Part shown: piece by piece, positions 1-8,332 of the stretch
Numbering within the stretch: position 1 is the stretch's first letter
How the letters are laid out: the number at the start of each line of letters is the position of its first letter
From: Spirochaetia bacterium
GTDB lineage: Bacteria; Spirochaetota; Spirochaetia; UBA9216
Direction: 5' to 3'
NCBI GenBank assembly: GCA_963675665.1
Contig: OY776510.1
Coordinates: forward strand, 4,096,001-4,160,000
Length of the DNA stretch: 64,000 nt
Made by a program: the position numbers and the translations under genes
Notes under the pieces: generated by a model
What the model was told of the DNA's origin: nothing
Database searches by the model: none
Seen by the model: only the letters and a program-made list of their open reading frames with translations

Positions 1-94
1 CCTTTACCATTCCTGCATATGCAACCATCCGGCCCATCGACAGTACACCCTGGCCTCCGAATCCTGCAAATATCACTTCTTCAGTAAATGCCAT
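1..94 (-). CDS. 2-oxoacid:ferredoxin oxidoreductase gamma subunit (N-terminal part, runs off window)
   Basis: Manual translation MAFTEEVIFAGFGGQGVLSMGRMVAYAGMVK; AGFGGQG motif; directly follows the beta subunit. Confidence 0.9.
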   Translation of the reverse strand, partial: MAFTEEVIFAGFGGQGVLSMGRMVAYAGMVK

Positions 95-95
95 G

Positions 96-839
96 CTACT
101 TCTCCTCCGGTGTTTTAAAATTGCCGAGCGGGTAATAAGGAACCATCTTTTCATCAACCCAGCCCAAAGCATCAGCCGGAGTCATCCCCCAGTTGGTGGG
201 GCATGTTGAGAGCACCTCTACAAGACTGAATCCTTTCCCGGCAGTCTGCACCTCAAAGGCCTTCTTTATAGCCTTTTTGGCTTTTCTGACGTTAGCAGGC
301 TTATTTACCGCTACCCTTTCAATAAAGGCGGTACCGTCCAGTGTGGCCAGCATCTCGGCGACACGTATGGGATACCCCTGCAGTTCAACCGAGCGTCCGT
401 AGGGCGATGTTGTTGCTTGCTGGCCGACCAGGGTTGTGGGAGCCATCTGTCCACCCGTCATACCGTATATTGCGTTATTCACGTAAATAATCGTGATATT
501 CTCACCGCGGGCTGCGGCATGCACCGTTTCGGCGGTGCCTATTGCGGCGAGGTCTCCGTCGCCCTGGTATGTAAATACGGTGCGATCTTTCAATACCCGT
601 TTTGCCCCGGTGGCAACGGCGGCTGCGCGTCCGTGTGAAGCCTGGTATGCATCACAATCGAAATAGTTATAGGTAAAAACCGAACAGCCGACCGAAGAAA
701 CACAAACTGCGTCTTCAAGCAGTCCGAGTTCGACCAGCGACTCTGAAACAAGCCGGTGAATAATGCCGTGAGTACATCCCGGACAATAATGAAAGGGAAT
801 ATCGTTAATACCCTCTGTTCTTTCGAAAACTACGCTCAT
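96..839 (-). CDS. 2-oxoacid:ferredoxin oxidoreductase beta (TPP-binding) subunit, Vor/Kor type
   Basis: YCPGCTHG, VGCS, HGRA, YQGDGD...NNAIYGMTGGQ, SxCPTNW motifs. Confidence 0.95.
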   Translation of the reverse strand: MSVVFERTEGINDIPFHYCPGCTHGIIHRLVSESLVELGLLEDAVCVSSVGCSVFTYNYFDCDAYQASHGRAAAVATGAKRVLKDRTVFTYQGDGDLAAIGTAETVHAAARGENITIIYVNNAIYGMTGGQMAPTTLVGQQATTSPYGRSVELQGYPIRVAEMLATLDGTAFIERVAVNKPANVRKAKKAIKKAFEVQTAGKGFSLVEVLSTCPTNWGMTPADALGWVDEKMVPYYPLGNFKTPEEK

Positions 840-1897
840 TTTGCACCTCCGAGAATCTCTTTAACCTTGTCCACAATTTCCACCGGTTTTGGGACTACCC
901 CGCCCAGCCTGCCGTAAAATTCAACAGGCAGCCTGCCAGCATTGGCAATTTTAACATCATCAATCATCTGCCCCGCACTCATTTCCACAGTCAGAAATGC
1001 TTTTGTCTCGGGACTTATCTCGTTAAAAGCCTCAAAAGGAAACGGCCAGAGCGTAATCGGTCTGATAAGTCCCAGCCTAATTCCTTCCGATTCCAGTTTT
1101 TTTATTGCGTTTCGAACAATTCGCGATACAGTGCCGTAAGCAACCGCTACAATATCGGCCCCGTCGCAGTTGTATTTTTCGTAACGTACTTCCTTTTCTT
1201 TGATAACATCATATTTTCGAAAAAGTTTCTGAATATGCGGTTCCATTTCTTCGGGTTTTATATATAGGGAATTAATCAGTTTCTTGTCCCCGGGAACCCT
1301 GTGCGGTTGCACAGCCCAGTCTTTCTGAGGCAGGCTGCGTTTATCAGGCTCCTTGAATTCAACAGATTCCATCATCTGACCGATCATTCCGTCGCCGAGG
1401 ATAACAACCGGGGTCCTGTATGCATCGGCAACATTGAAAGCTTCCATCACGAGATCAACAGTTTCCTGAATACTCGCCGGTGCAAATACCGGGGTATAGT
1501 AATCCCCGTTTCCGCCGCCGCGGGTCGCCATAAAATAATCGCCCTGTGCCGGCTGGATTCCGCCCAGCCCGGGACTTGTTCTGCTCATGTTTACAATAAC
1601 ACACGGCAGTTCAGCTCCGCAAAGGTAAGATATACCTTCCTGCTTCAGCGCAATTCCGGGGCTTGAAGATGAGGTCATTACCCGTGCCCCGGCGCCTGAA
1701 GCCCCGTAGACCATATTTATTGCTCCTATCTCGCTTTCCGCCTGAAGAAACGTCCCGCCGTTTTTGGGCAGTTCTCTTGCCATGTATTCAGGCAGTTCAT
1801 TTTGCGGAGTAATAGGATAGCCGAAAAAATACTTGCATCCGGCTTTTATAGCGGCAGCACCCACCGCCTCATTTCCCTTCATCAGCAGTTTTGCCAT
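836..1897 (-). CDS. vorB: 2-oxoacid:ferredoxin oxidoreductase alpha subunit (3-methyl-2-oxobutanoate dehydrogenase VorB family)
   Basis: GNEA, GYPITPQ, QAESE, TSSSSPG motifs; ATGA overlap with the beta gene. Confidence 0.92.
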   Translation of the reverse strand: MAKLLMKGNEAVGAAAIKAGCKYFFGYPITPQNELPEYMARELPKNGGTFLQAESEIGAINMVYGASGAGARVMTSSSSPGIALKQEGISYLCGAELPCVIVNMSRTSPGLGGIQPAQGDYFMATRGGGNGDYYTPVFAPASIQETVDLVMEAFNVADAYRTPVVILGDGMIGQMMESVEFKEPDKRSLPQKDWAVQPHRVPGDKKLINSLYIKPEEMEPHIQKLFRKYDVIKEKEVRYEKYNCDGADIVAVAYGTVSRIVRNAIKKLESEGIRLGLIRPITLWPFPFEAFNEISPETKAFLTVEMSAGQMIDDVKIANAGRLPVEFYGRLGGVVPKPVEIVDKVKEILGGAK

Positions 1898-1909
1898 TTT
1901 ATTCCTCCT

Positions 1910-2125
1910 CTACAGCCTTTCCACTGTTATGACAAGATCAGGACACATCTGCGCGCAATTTCCGCAGCCTATGCATTCCTCCATCTTTTCTACTGTGGCG
2001 GGATTATATCCCTTCAGATTAATTTTATTTTTATTCAGAAAAATAATATTTTTGGGACAGGCTGTAATACAGAGACCGCAGCCCTTGCAGCTGTTTTCCC
2101 TGAAAGTAACTTTTCCACTTGCCAT
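1910..2125 (-). CDS. 2x[4Fe-4S] ferredoxin, delta subunit of 2-oxoacid:ferredoxin oxidoreductase
   Basis: Two CxxCxxCxxxCP motifs; SD AGGAGGA at 2135-2129. Confidence 0.95.
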   Translation of the reverse strand: MASGKVTFRENSCKGCGLCITACPKNIIFLNKNKINLKGYNPATVEKMEECIGCGNCAQMCPDLVITVERL

Positions 2126-2128
2126 ATT

Positions 2129-2243
2129 TCCTCCTAATAAAAAGAATTCCAGCCATGGAAGGCTGGTGAGTTTGTATGAAGTTTTGCATGCAAAGCATGT
2201 AAAACTTCGAAAATATAAAAGAACAAGGATGTTCTTTTATATT
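2129..2243. repeat. Composite three-hairpin intergenic element, copy A
   Basis: CCAGCC-ATGGAA-GGCTGG (2149-2166), GAAGTTTTGCATGC-AAA-GCATGTAAAACTTC (2178-2208), AATATAAAAGAAC-AAGGAT-GTTCTTTTATATT (2212-2243); related copies at 39218-39294 and 51129-51250. Confidence 0.8.
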
Positions 2244-2922
2244 ACGACATCCATTCATCCCGCATGAAAAGCTCAATCGGAAAAAAATTCTTTCTTATTT
2301 CTTCAGGAAGTTCATCCTCAAGCTTTTCAAGCCCTGCATTATATCTCAACGGAATCCCGGTCATTTCAGACACTTCAACCGACAAACTGTAACCCGAGAC
2401 AATATCAGCTGCGGTGGTAGATCTTAACATATGAGTATTATTTATTAAACCTGAAACCTTCAGTCCGCAGGTGTTTTCAAACGATTTTATATACTCAATA
2501 ATTTGTGCCGGACTTCGTGTTTCGGGACGATTTGCGTTTATTACAAGAAAAAAATCATATTCTTCCGGATTGGAAAAATGATCAGAAAATCTTTTAAGTA
2601 CGGCAATTCCGGCCCTGCCGCCGCCGGCATCTATAACAGCATCTGAATCATGACGGTCAAACACAGTATAGACCTCCGCAGATATTGCAGGAACATCTAT
2701 TAATGAAGTATTTACCGTATCTGCAACTACCCTGACACCGTGATCTTCAAGCATTCGTATTCGTTCCCGGCTTCTGAAATAGGGATTAATCACATCTATA
2801 TCTGCAAGAACGGGAGTCCGGCCGGTTTCAGCCAGTTTTACGGCATAATTAACCGCAAACTCCGTTTTTCCGCTTCCGTAATGCCCGGAAATTATTCGGA
2901 CTCTTCTGTCATTTTCTATCAA
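2242..2922 (-). CDS. P-loop ATP-binding protein (SIMIBI/MinD-like) associated with vor operons
   Basis: GHYGSGKTEFAVNYA Walker A, DIDVINPYFRSRE motif; TTG start. Confidence 0.85.
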   Translation of the reverse strand: MIENDRRVRIISGHYGSGKTEFAVNYAVKLAETGRTPVLADIDVINPYFRSRERIRMLEDHGVRVVADTVNTSLIDVPAISAEVYTVFDRHDSDAVIDAGGGRAGIAVLKRFSDHFSNPEEYDFFLVINANRPETRSPAQIIEYIKSFENTCGLKVSGLINNTHMLRSTTAADIVSGYSLSVEVSEMTGIPLRYNAGLEKLEDELPEEIRKNFFPIELFMRDEWMS

Positions 2923-3161
2923 GCACTTACCTCAAGCTTCAACCGGACAGCATTCGGTTGCCGCCCGATACCGGACATTCTATCAGCAGGATGAAAAAAA
3001 TGCAAACATCGAAACGGGGTTATCAGCCATTCTGTTATCTGAAATCGGATATTAATGGTCATATAGCCTGTAAACATATGAAATAGTCCGTAAAAAACGA
3101 TTTTTTTGCCTTCAAAGCAGCCATATTGCAATACTTTATTTATTGTGAAGAGTTTTCATGC

Positions 3162-3190
3162 TTGACTATGTACGATAAATAATCTACGCT
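3162..3190 (+). promoter_or_regulatory. Putative sigma70 promoter of the RRM gene
   Basis: TTGACT-N17-TACGCT, implying a 5' UTR of about 135 nt. Confidence 0.55.
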
Positions 3191-3331
3191 TGTATCAGAA
3201 AATCTGTTCTGTTTTATCTTCTATTTTTCTTGTCGTATTTGTTTTTCAGTCCTGACAGTAAAAGCATTTCAACTATCACAAGACATTTGAAGAAACTGCA
3301 AATCAGATTAAAAAATTTTCAGAGGATTTAA

Positions 3332-3604
3332 ATGGCAAAAACAATCTATGTGGGTAATCTTAATTACTCAACAACTGAAGAGGATCTTAATGAACTCTTC
3401 TCACAGTATGGCGAAGTTGAAAGCGTAAAACTGATCATGGATCGCGAAACTAATCGACCGAGAGGATTCGGATTTGTAGAAATGGTTGAAGAAGATGCTG
3501 CGACTGCCGCAGTTTCTATGCTCAACGACAAAGACTTTAAAGGCAGAAACCTTAGGGTCAATGAAGCCCGGGAGCGGGAACGCCGTCCAAGAAGAGAGTT
3601 CTAA
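3332..3604 (+). CDS. RRM-domain RNA-binding protein (RbpA-like)
   Basis: RNP2 IYVGNL, RNP1 RGFGFVEM; SD AGAGGA. Confidence 0.97.
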   Translation: MAKTIYVGNLNYSTTEEDLNELFSQYGEVESVKLIMDRETNRPRGFGFVEMVEEDAATAAVSMLNDKDFKGRNLRVNEARERERRPRREF

Positions 3605-3712
3605 AACAACTTAAGCCCGCAGTGCGGTCAGTAGTTGTTTTTCCGGATTTCAGGTAACTCCTGCGGAAGCACCTGAATATTCATGATATAACATATCTTA
3701 ATTGGAAAATTT

Positions 3713-3748
3713 AGAGGGAATCGTCTGAACGGCCGATTCCCTTTTTTT
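3713..3748 (+). terminator. Intrinsic terminator after RRM gene
   Basis: AGAGGGAATCG...CGATTCCCTTT stem followed by T-tract. Confidence 0.85.
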
Positions 3749-3837
3749 ATCCGGTTCTCCCGGTTTTTAAATAACACTTCAACACTTTCTAAAAAGTTGC
3801 TTAACAGATTTATAGCCCGACCATATTATTTTCATAA

Positions 3838-4047
3838 TATTCCGTTAACAGCGCTCATCATCAGATAATATCAATGCTGTCGGACTCGCTTACAGCTTCT
3901 GCTGTAAGCGAAGATGGAATAATAGAAGGGGTTGAATCATCAGGCTTCCGCTTTCTTGCCGGCATTCAATGGCATCCCGTGGTCCTCACCGGCAGGTATG
4001 CAATTCACCAGAATATATTCAACGCCTTCGTCACGGCGGCAAAATGA
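3838..4047 (+). pseudogene. C-terminal remnant of a peptidase C26 / PuuD-like class I glutamine amidotransferase
   Basis: Manual translation YSVNSAHHQ...AVSEDGIIEGVE...FLAGIQWHPV...FNAFVTAAK*; in-frame TAA at 3835-3837, N-terminal catalytic Cys half absent, HPE changed to HPV. Confidence 0.8.
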
Positions 4048-4054
4048 ATTGAAA

Positions 4055-4432
4055 TTAAACCAGTTTATCAGCCCCTGAATAAACCGATTCTATCGCCACA
4101 GCAGCAGCTCCGTGCCCGGGATGCTGTTCAGGGTTCCAGCTCTTCATAAAATCAAAAACCGGCCCGTCTTCATAATACTCGACGCAGCCCTTTATCTGAT
4201 AGGCTTTTTTATCTTCGGTTATAAAAACAACAGAAGCCCTGCTGCCTGCCCTGATGTTCTTTATGGTTTTATCAAAATAATTATTTGCAACAACAATTTT
4301 GCTGTCGTCGTATAATCCGACACAGGTTGCATAAATTGAGTTGGGCGTTCCATCTGCATCCACAGTTGACAAAACTACTGCCCCGGCGCGTTTTTCCCAG
4401 TCTTTTTTTACTACTTCGGGCATTTCAGGCAT
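4055..4432 (-). CDS. Pyridoxamine 5'-phosphate oxidase-like FMN-binding protein
   Basis: LSTVDADGTPN, NYFDKTIKNI, YQIKG motifs; SD AGGAG. Confidence 0.88.
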   Translation of the reverse strand: MPEMPEVVKKDWEKRAGAVVLSTVDADGTPNSIYATCVGLYDDSKIVVANNYFDKTIKNIRAGSRASVVFITEDKKAYQIKGCVEYYEDGPVFDFMKSWNPEQHPGHGAAAVAIESVYSGADKLV

Positions 4433-4516
4433 ATTCTTCTCCTAATATAGTGTGTATTAATTTTGTTAAGAATACATAATAATTCCATAAAAATCAATCG
4501 TCGACCAATGTTCTGA

Positions 4517-6346
4517 TTATTTTCTTTTATTCTCAACCTTTCGATTCTGTGCCGACAGAATTTTCTTTCTCAGCCTGATTGATTTCGGAGTTATCTCAAC
4601 CATTTCGTCTTCTTTTATATACTGGATAGCCCTTTCGATCGTAAGAGGCATAATCGGAGTCAGCACGACCGCTTCATCCTTGCCTGAGGCCCGCATGTTG
4701 GAAAGCTTTTTGGTTTTAATCGGGTTTACGTTCAGATCATTATCGCGTGAATGTTCGCCGACAATCATTCCCTCATAAACTATGTCTCCCGGAACAACAA
4801 ACATGTGTCCGCGGGGTTCCAGATTGAAAATTGCATACGGGACACATTCTCCGGCCCGGTCTGCAACAAGAGAGCCCGTATGGCGCTCGGGGAAGTCGCC
4901 CCTGTAAGGTTCATACCCGCTAATATATGAACTCATGATCCCGGTGCCGCGCGTGTCGGTTAAAAACTCATCCCTGTAACCGATAAGCGCGCGGGACGGA
5001 ACCGAAAACTCAAGTCTGGCCCGACCATTATGATGCGATACAAAATTCGTCATACGTCCTTTCCGCTGAGACAGCTTCTCGGTAACTATTCCGGTATATA
5101 CTTCTTCACAATCGACAAAAAGGTGTTCAACGGGTTCCAGCGTCTTACCGCTGTCATCCGTTTTGAAAATTACGTGAGGACGCCCAACCGTCAGTTCAAA
5201 GCCTTCGCGCCGCATGGTTTCAATCAGTATAACCATCTGAAATTCCCCGCGGCCTTTGACTATAAAACCTTCTCCTCCGGGCTGCTGCTCAACTTTAATC
5301 GACACATTCAGCATCGTCTCTTTCTCAAGCCTTTCGCCGATCTTGTTCCCCTGAACAAACTTCCCTTCTTTTCCGAGAAGCGGCGAATTATTGGGCGCAA
5401 AAAGCATGGAAACAGTAGGCTCGTCTACGGTTATTCGCGGAAGAGCTTTCGGGTTGCCGCGCGTGGATATTGTGTCGCCAATAAATACATCATTTATTCC
5501 CGAGAGTACAACTATATCTCCCGGCTGGACCGATTCCGTTTCCGATAATCCCGGGCCGTTGTAAACCTGCAGCTTTGTAACGCTGAGGTTCTGCACCTGG
5601 TTCCTGCTGTTTATGCATACCAGGCTGTCTTTTGATTTTACCGACCCATTAATAACCTTGCCTACTGCAAGACGTCCGAGATAATCAGAGTACGACAAGT
5701 CCGAAACCAGCATTTGAAAGGGTTCATCCTCATAATACGAAGGGCCGGGTATCTGATCGATAACAGCGTTGAATAATGGTTGAAGATCGGTGCCTTTATG
5801 CTCGAGAGATTCTGATGCAATCCCGTCACGGCCTACTGCATAAAACAGCGGAAATTCAAGTTGTTCTTCATCAGCATCAAGGTCTATTAAAAGTTCATAG
5901 ATCTCTTCCAGTACTTCCCTGCACCGGGCATCGGCCCGATCTATCTTGTTAATCACTACTATTATCTTCAACCCGGCAGCAAGCGCCTTTGACAAAACAA
6001 AACGGGTCTGGGGAAGAGGCCCTTCTGATGCGTCGACCAGCAGAATGGCGCCGTCGACCATTGAAAGAGCACGCTCAACTTCCCCGCCAAAATCGGCATG
6101 ACCCGGAGTGTCAAGGATATTTATCTTCACATCCCGCCAGCTGACAGAACAGTTTTTGGCGGCTATTGTAATGCCCCGCTCTTTTTCAAGGTCCATATTA
6201 TCCATCAGACGATCAGCAGTTTCCTGATTGTCACGAAAAGTTCCGCTCTGCCTGAACATTGCATCAACAAGAGTTGTCTTGCCGTGATCTACATGCGCTA
6301 TTATCGCGATATTTCTAATCTTTTCATTGTGTACATGGTGTTTCAT
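4517..6346 (-). CDS. typA: Translational GTPase TypA/BipA
   Basis: AHVDHGKTT, ERGITI, DTPGHADFGGEVER, NKID, KKLSNMRASGKD C-terminal motif. Confidence 0.98.
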   Translation of the reverse strand: MKHHVHNEKIRNIAIIAHVDHGKTTLVDAMFRQSGTFRDNQETADRLMDNMDLEKERGITIAAKNCSVSWRDVKINILDTPGHADFGGEVERALSMVDGAILLVDASEGPLPQTRFVLSKALAAGLKIIVVINKIDRADARCREVLEEIYELLIDLDADEEQLEFPLFYAVGRDGIASESLEHKGTDLQPLFNAVIDQIPGPSYYEDEPFQMLVSDLSYSDYLGRLAVGKVINGSVKSKDSLVCINSRNQVQNLSVTKLQVYNGPGLSETESVQPGDIVVLSGINDVFIGDTISTRGNPKALPRITVDEPTVSMLFAPNNSPLLGKEGKFVQGNKIGERLEKETMLNVSIKVEQQPGGEGFIVKGRGEFQMVILIETMRREGFELTVGRPHVIFKTDDSGKTLEPVEHLFVDCEEVYTGIVTEKLSQRKGRMTNFVSHHNGRARLEFSVPSRALIGYRDEFLTDTRGTGIMSSYISGYEPYRGDFPERHTGSLVADRAGECVPYAIFNLEPRGHMFVVPGDIVYEGMIVGEHSRDNDLNVNPIKTKKLSNMRASGKDEAVVLTPIMPLTIERAIQYIKEDEMVEITPKSIRLRKKILSAQNRKVENKRK

Positions 6347-6395
6347 TAAGCTGAATGTACAGATTTACGGAAGCTTTGCATAGTAGCAGAGGCAA

Positions 6396-6845
6396 TTATT
6401 TATCAGGGGCACACTCAGCACATTTTCCGTAAACCAACAGTTGCTTGCCTTCCACGATAAAACCTGAAGGGACATCGATTAACGGAATAACCTGATCTTT
6501 CAGACACACCATCTTTTTACATTCAACACATACAAAATGTGCATGCCCCCCCGGACAGCCTCGCATATTCGTATCATGTGCACAAAAGCGTTCCACCCCG
6601 TCAATCCCCTGAACGGTATGCACGAGTTCAGCCTCTTTAAGAAGAGAAAGGTTGCGGTAAACTGAAACCCTGTCTGCATCGGAAAGCTGTTCAAGCGCCA
6701 TCAGTTCATTATGAGAAACAGGACGACCGTATGCCAGCAGAAGTCCGAGGACCTGTACACGAAGCTCCTTTTCCCTGAGACCTGCGTTTAAAACCATTTC
6801 TCTGGCTTTTTTCATATAGTTACTATTTAAATCTGATTTTTGCAT
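6396..6845 (-). CDS. Fur-family transcriptional regulator (Zur-like Cys pattern)
   Basis: DRVSVYRNL helix, HAHFVCVEC and CAEC motifs; own promoter TTGATT(6880-6875)-N17-TAAAGT(6857-6852). Confidence 0.9.
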   Translation of the reverse strand: MQKSDLNSNYMKKAREMVLNAGLREKELRVQVLGLLLAYGRPVSHNELMALEQLSDADRVSVYRNLSLLKEAELVHTVQGIDGVERFCAHDTNMRGCPGGHAHFVCVECKKMVCLKDQVIPLIDVPSGFIVEGKQLLVYGKCAECAPDK

Positions 6846-6900
6846 TCTTACACTTTAAAATGCCTGACAGTAAAAATCAAGAGAACGGCAGAACCGGCAT

Positions 6901-7593
6901 TTAAACATCAGCTGCTGTCATACTGGTGCGCGTGATCTTTGTCACAATCAGCGAAATACCCCCCAGAATCGCTGCAAGAACAAAAGCCCGGTTAAATTCT
7001 CCTGTAAAAACTGAATTATAGATTTCAAGAGATATGGTGTTTGTTCTGCCGGTAATATTTCCGCCGAGCATCAGCGTAATGCCTACATCTCCCAATGCTC
7101 TTGCTGCCCCGATAAACATTCCCGTAATAATACCCTTTCGAAGCAGCGGAATCACAACTCTGAAAAAGGTTTCCAGTTCGGATTTCCCAAGCATATACGA
7201 AGCCTCTATATATCCGTTAAGATCATTTCTGACAGCTGACTGAACAGTTTTTACAAGAAGCGGAAGTCCTGAAACAAACCCGGCGAAGGCCACGCCCGCA
7301 AAACTGAAAACCATATCAAGGCCGGAGACTTTGTGAAGAAATCCGCCTATAAGACTCTGCCTTCCCAAAAGAACAAGCAGAATAAAGCCTGTGGCTATCG
7401 GGGGAAATATTAACGGTATCGAGACCAGAAAATCGGCGATTACTGCTCCGTAACCGGTCCGCCGGCCAAGAAAAACCCCTATGGGAATACCGAATAAAGC
7501 CAGCATGGGTAAAATTACAATCAATATTTTTATGCTGAGCATTACGGGTTCAATAACCGAAGAAGATCCAAGCAGTTTAAAAAACTCCATCAT
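6901..7593 (-). CDS. modB: Molybdate ABC transporter permease
   Basis: PLIFPPIATG, EASYMLG EAA loop, ARALGDVG, TISLEIY. Confidence 0.9.
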   Translation of the reverse strand: MMEFFKLLGSSSVIEPVMLSIKILIVILPMLALFGIPIGVFLGRRTGYGAVIADFLVSIPLIFPPIATGFILLVLLGRQSLIGGFLHKVSGLDMVFSFAGVAFAGFVSGLPLLVKTVQSAVRNDLNGYIEASYMLGKSELETFFRVVIPLLRKGIITGMFIGAARALGDVGITLMLGGNITGRTNTISLEIYNSVFTGEFNRAFVLAAILGGISLIVTKITRTSMTAADV

Positions 7594-7594
7594 C

Positions 7595-8323
7595 CTAAAA
7601 TCCGTGCTTCACTGATGTTTCCTTTGCTTTTTCGGACAGCAGAAACTTTCCGAACATATCAGCTTCATAATCCGAACCGGTTTCAGCCATTCTACCGGCA
7701 ACAATACTAATTGGACTGTAATATTCCTGCGGTACATTTATCCAGCCGTCGATTTTGTCGCTAATTGCCAGTGCATCGGTCATATTTATAAACCCCATAT
7801 CAATTTCACCGCTGATCAGATACGCTGAAACCTGCGGTACAGTACCCACTATAATCAGCCTGTCTTTCAGCTCTTGATCAATTCCCGTATTCTCAAGATA
7901 CTCCGACGCGGCTTTTCCGTAGATTGCATGTGAAGGATCAGGATGGGCAATACGACTTGCTTCGCCTGAAAACAGTTTTTCCAGCGAAGCAGGGCCTTTT
8001 CCTGAAGAAAATGCCAGAACAAGTTTACCGTTTCCTATTTGATACTCTTTTTCTAATGGCAGGCCCGCGGAAGAGAAAAAGTTGCTGTCTCCGATTACAA
8101 AATCAACAATTCCGCTGATTTTGGCCTGATTTGTGACCTGTCCCATATTTCCGTAAATTTTGTCTATTTTAATTCCTGTTTCATCAAAAAATAAAGTTCC
8201 AAGCTCATCTACAAGAGCCCTGTAACCGGCGCCTGATGCAACAGTCAGACTCTGCGCAGAGGCTGCTGCTAAACAAATCAGAAATATTACTGCAACAGTA
8301 ATTACCCTTTTAAATAATTTCAT
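7595..8323 (-). CDS. modA: Molybdate ABC transporter substrate-binding protein
   Basis: Signal peptide; ASGAGY, YGNMGQ, PSHAIYGKAA, TVPQV motifs. Confidence 0.9.
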   Translation of the reverse strand: MKLFKRVITVAVIFLICLAAASAQSLTVASGAGYRALVDELGTLFFDETGIKIDKIYGNMGQVTNQAKISGIVDFVIGDSNFFSSAGLPLEKEYQIGNGKLVLAFSSGKGPASLEKLFSGEASRIAHPDPSHAIYGKAASEYLENTGIDQELKDRLIIVGTVPQVSAYLISGEIDMGFINMTDALAISDKIDGWINVPQEYYSPISIVAGRMAETGSDYEADMFGKFLLSEKAKETSVKHGF

Positions 8324-8332
8324 TTTAACTCC

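Noticed and set aside
2919-3131. 70-aa ORF upstream of the P-loop gene
   Set aside because: No SD and no recognisable motif; lies in the likely promoter region of the oxidoreductase operon
3143-3160. TTGTGAAGAGTTTTCATG, Rex-box-like sequence
   Set aside because: Only the left half matches TTGTGAA-N4-TTCACAA; the right half is out of register
4453-4476. TGTATT...AATACA inverted repeat upstream of the FMN-binding gene
   Set aside because: 6-bp AT-rich arms in an AT-rich spacer, no cognate regulator nearby; could be chance
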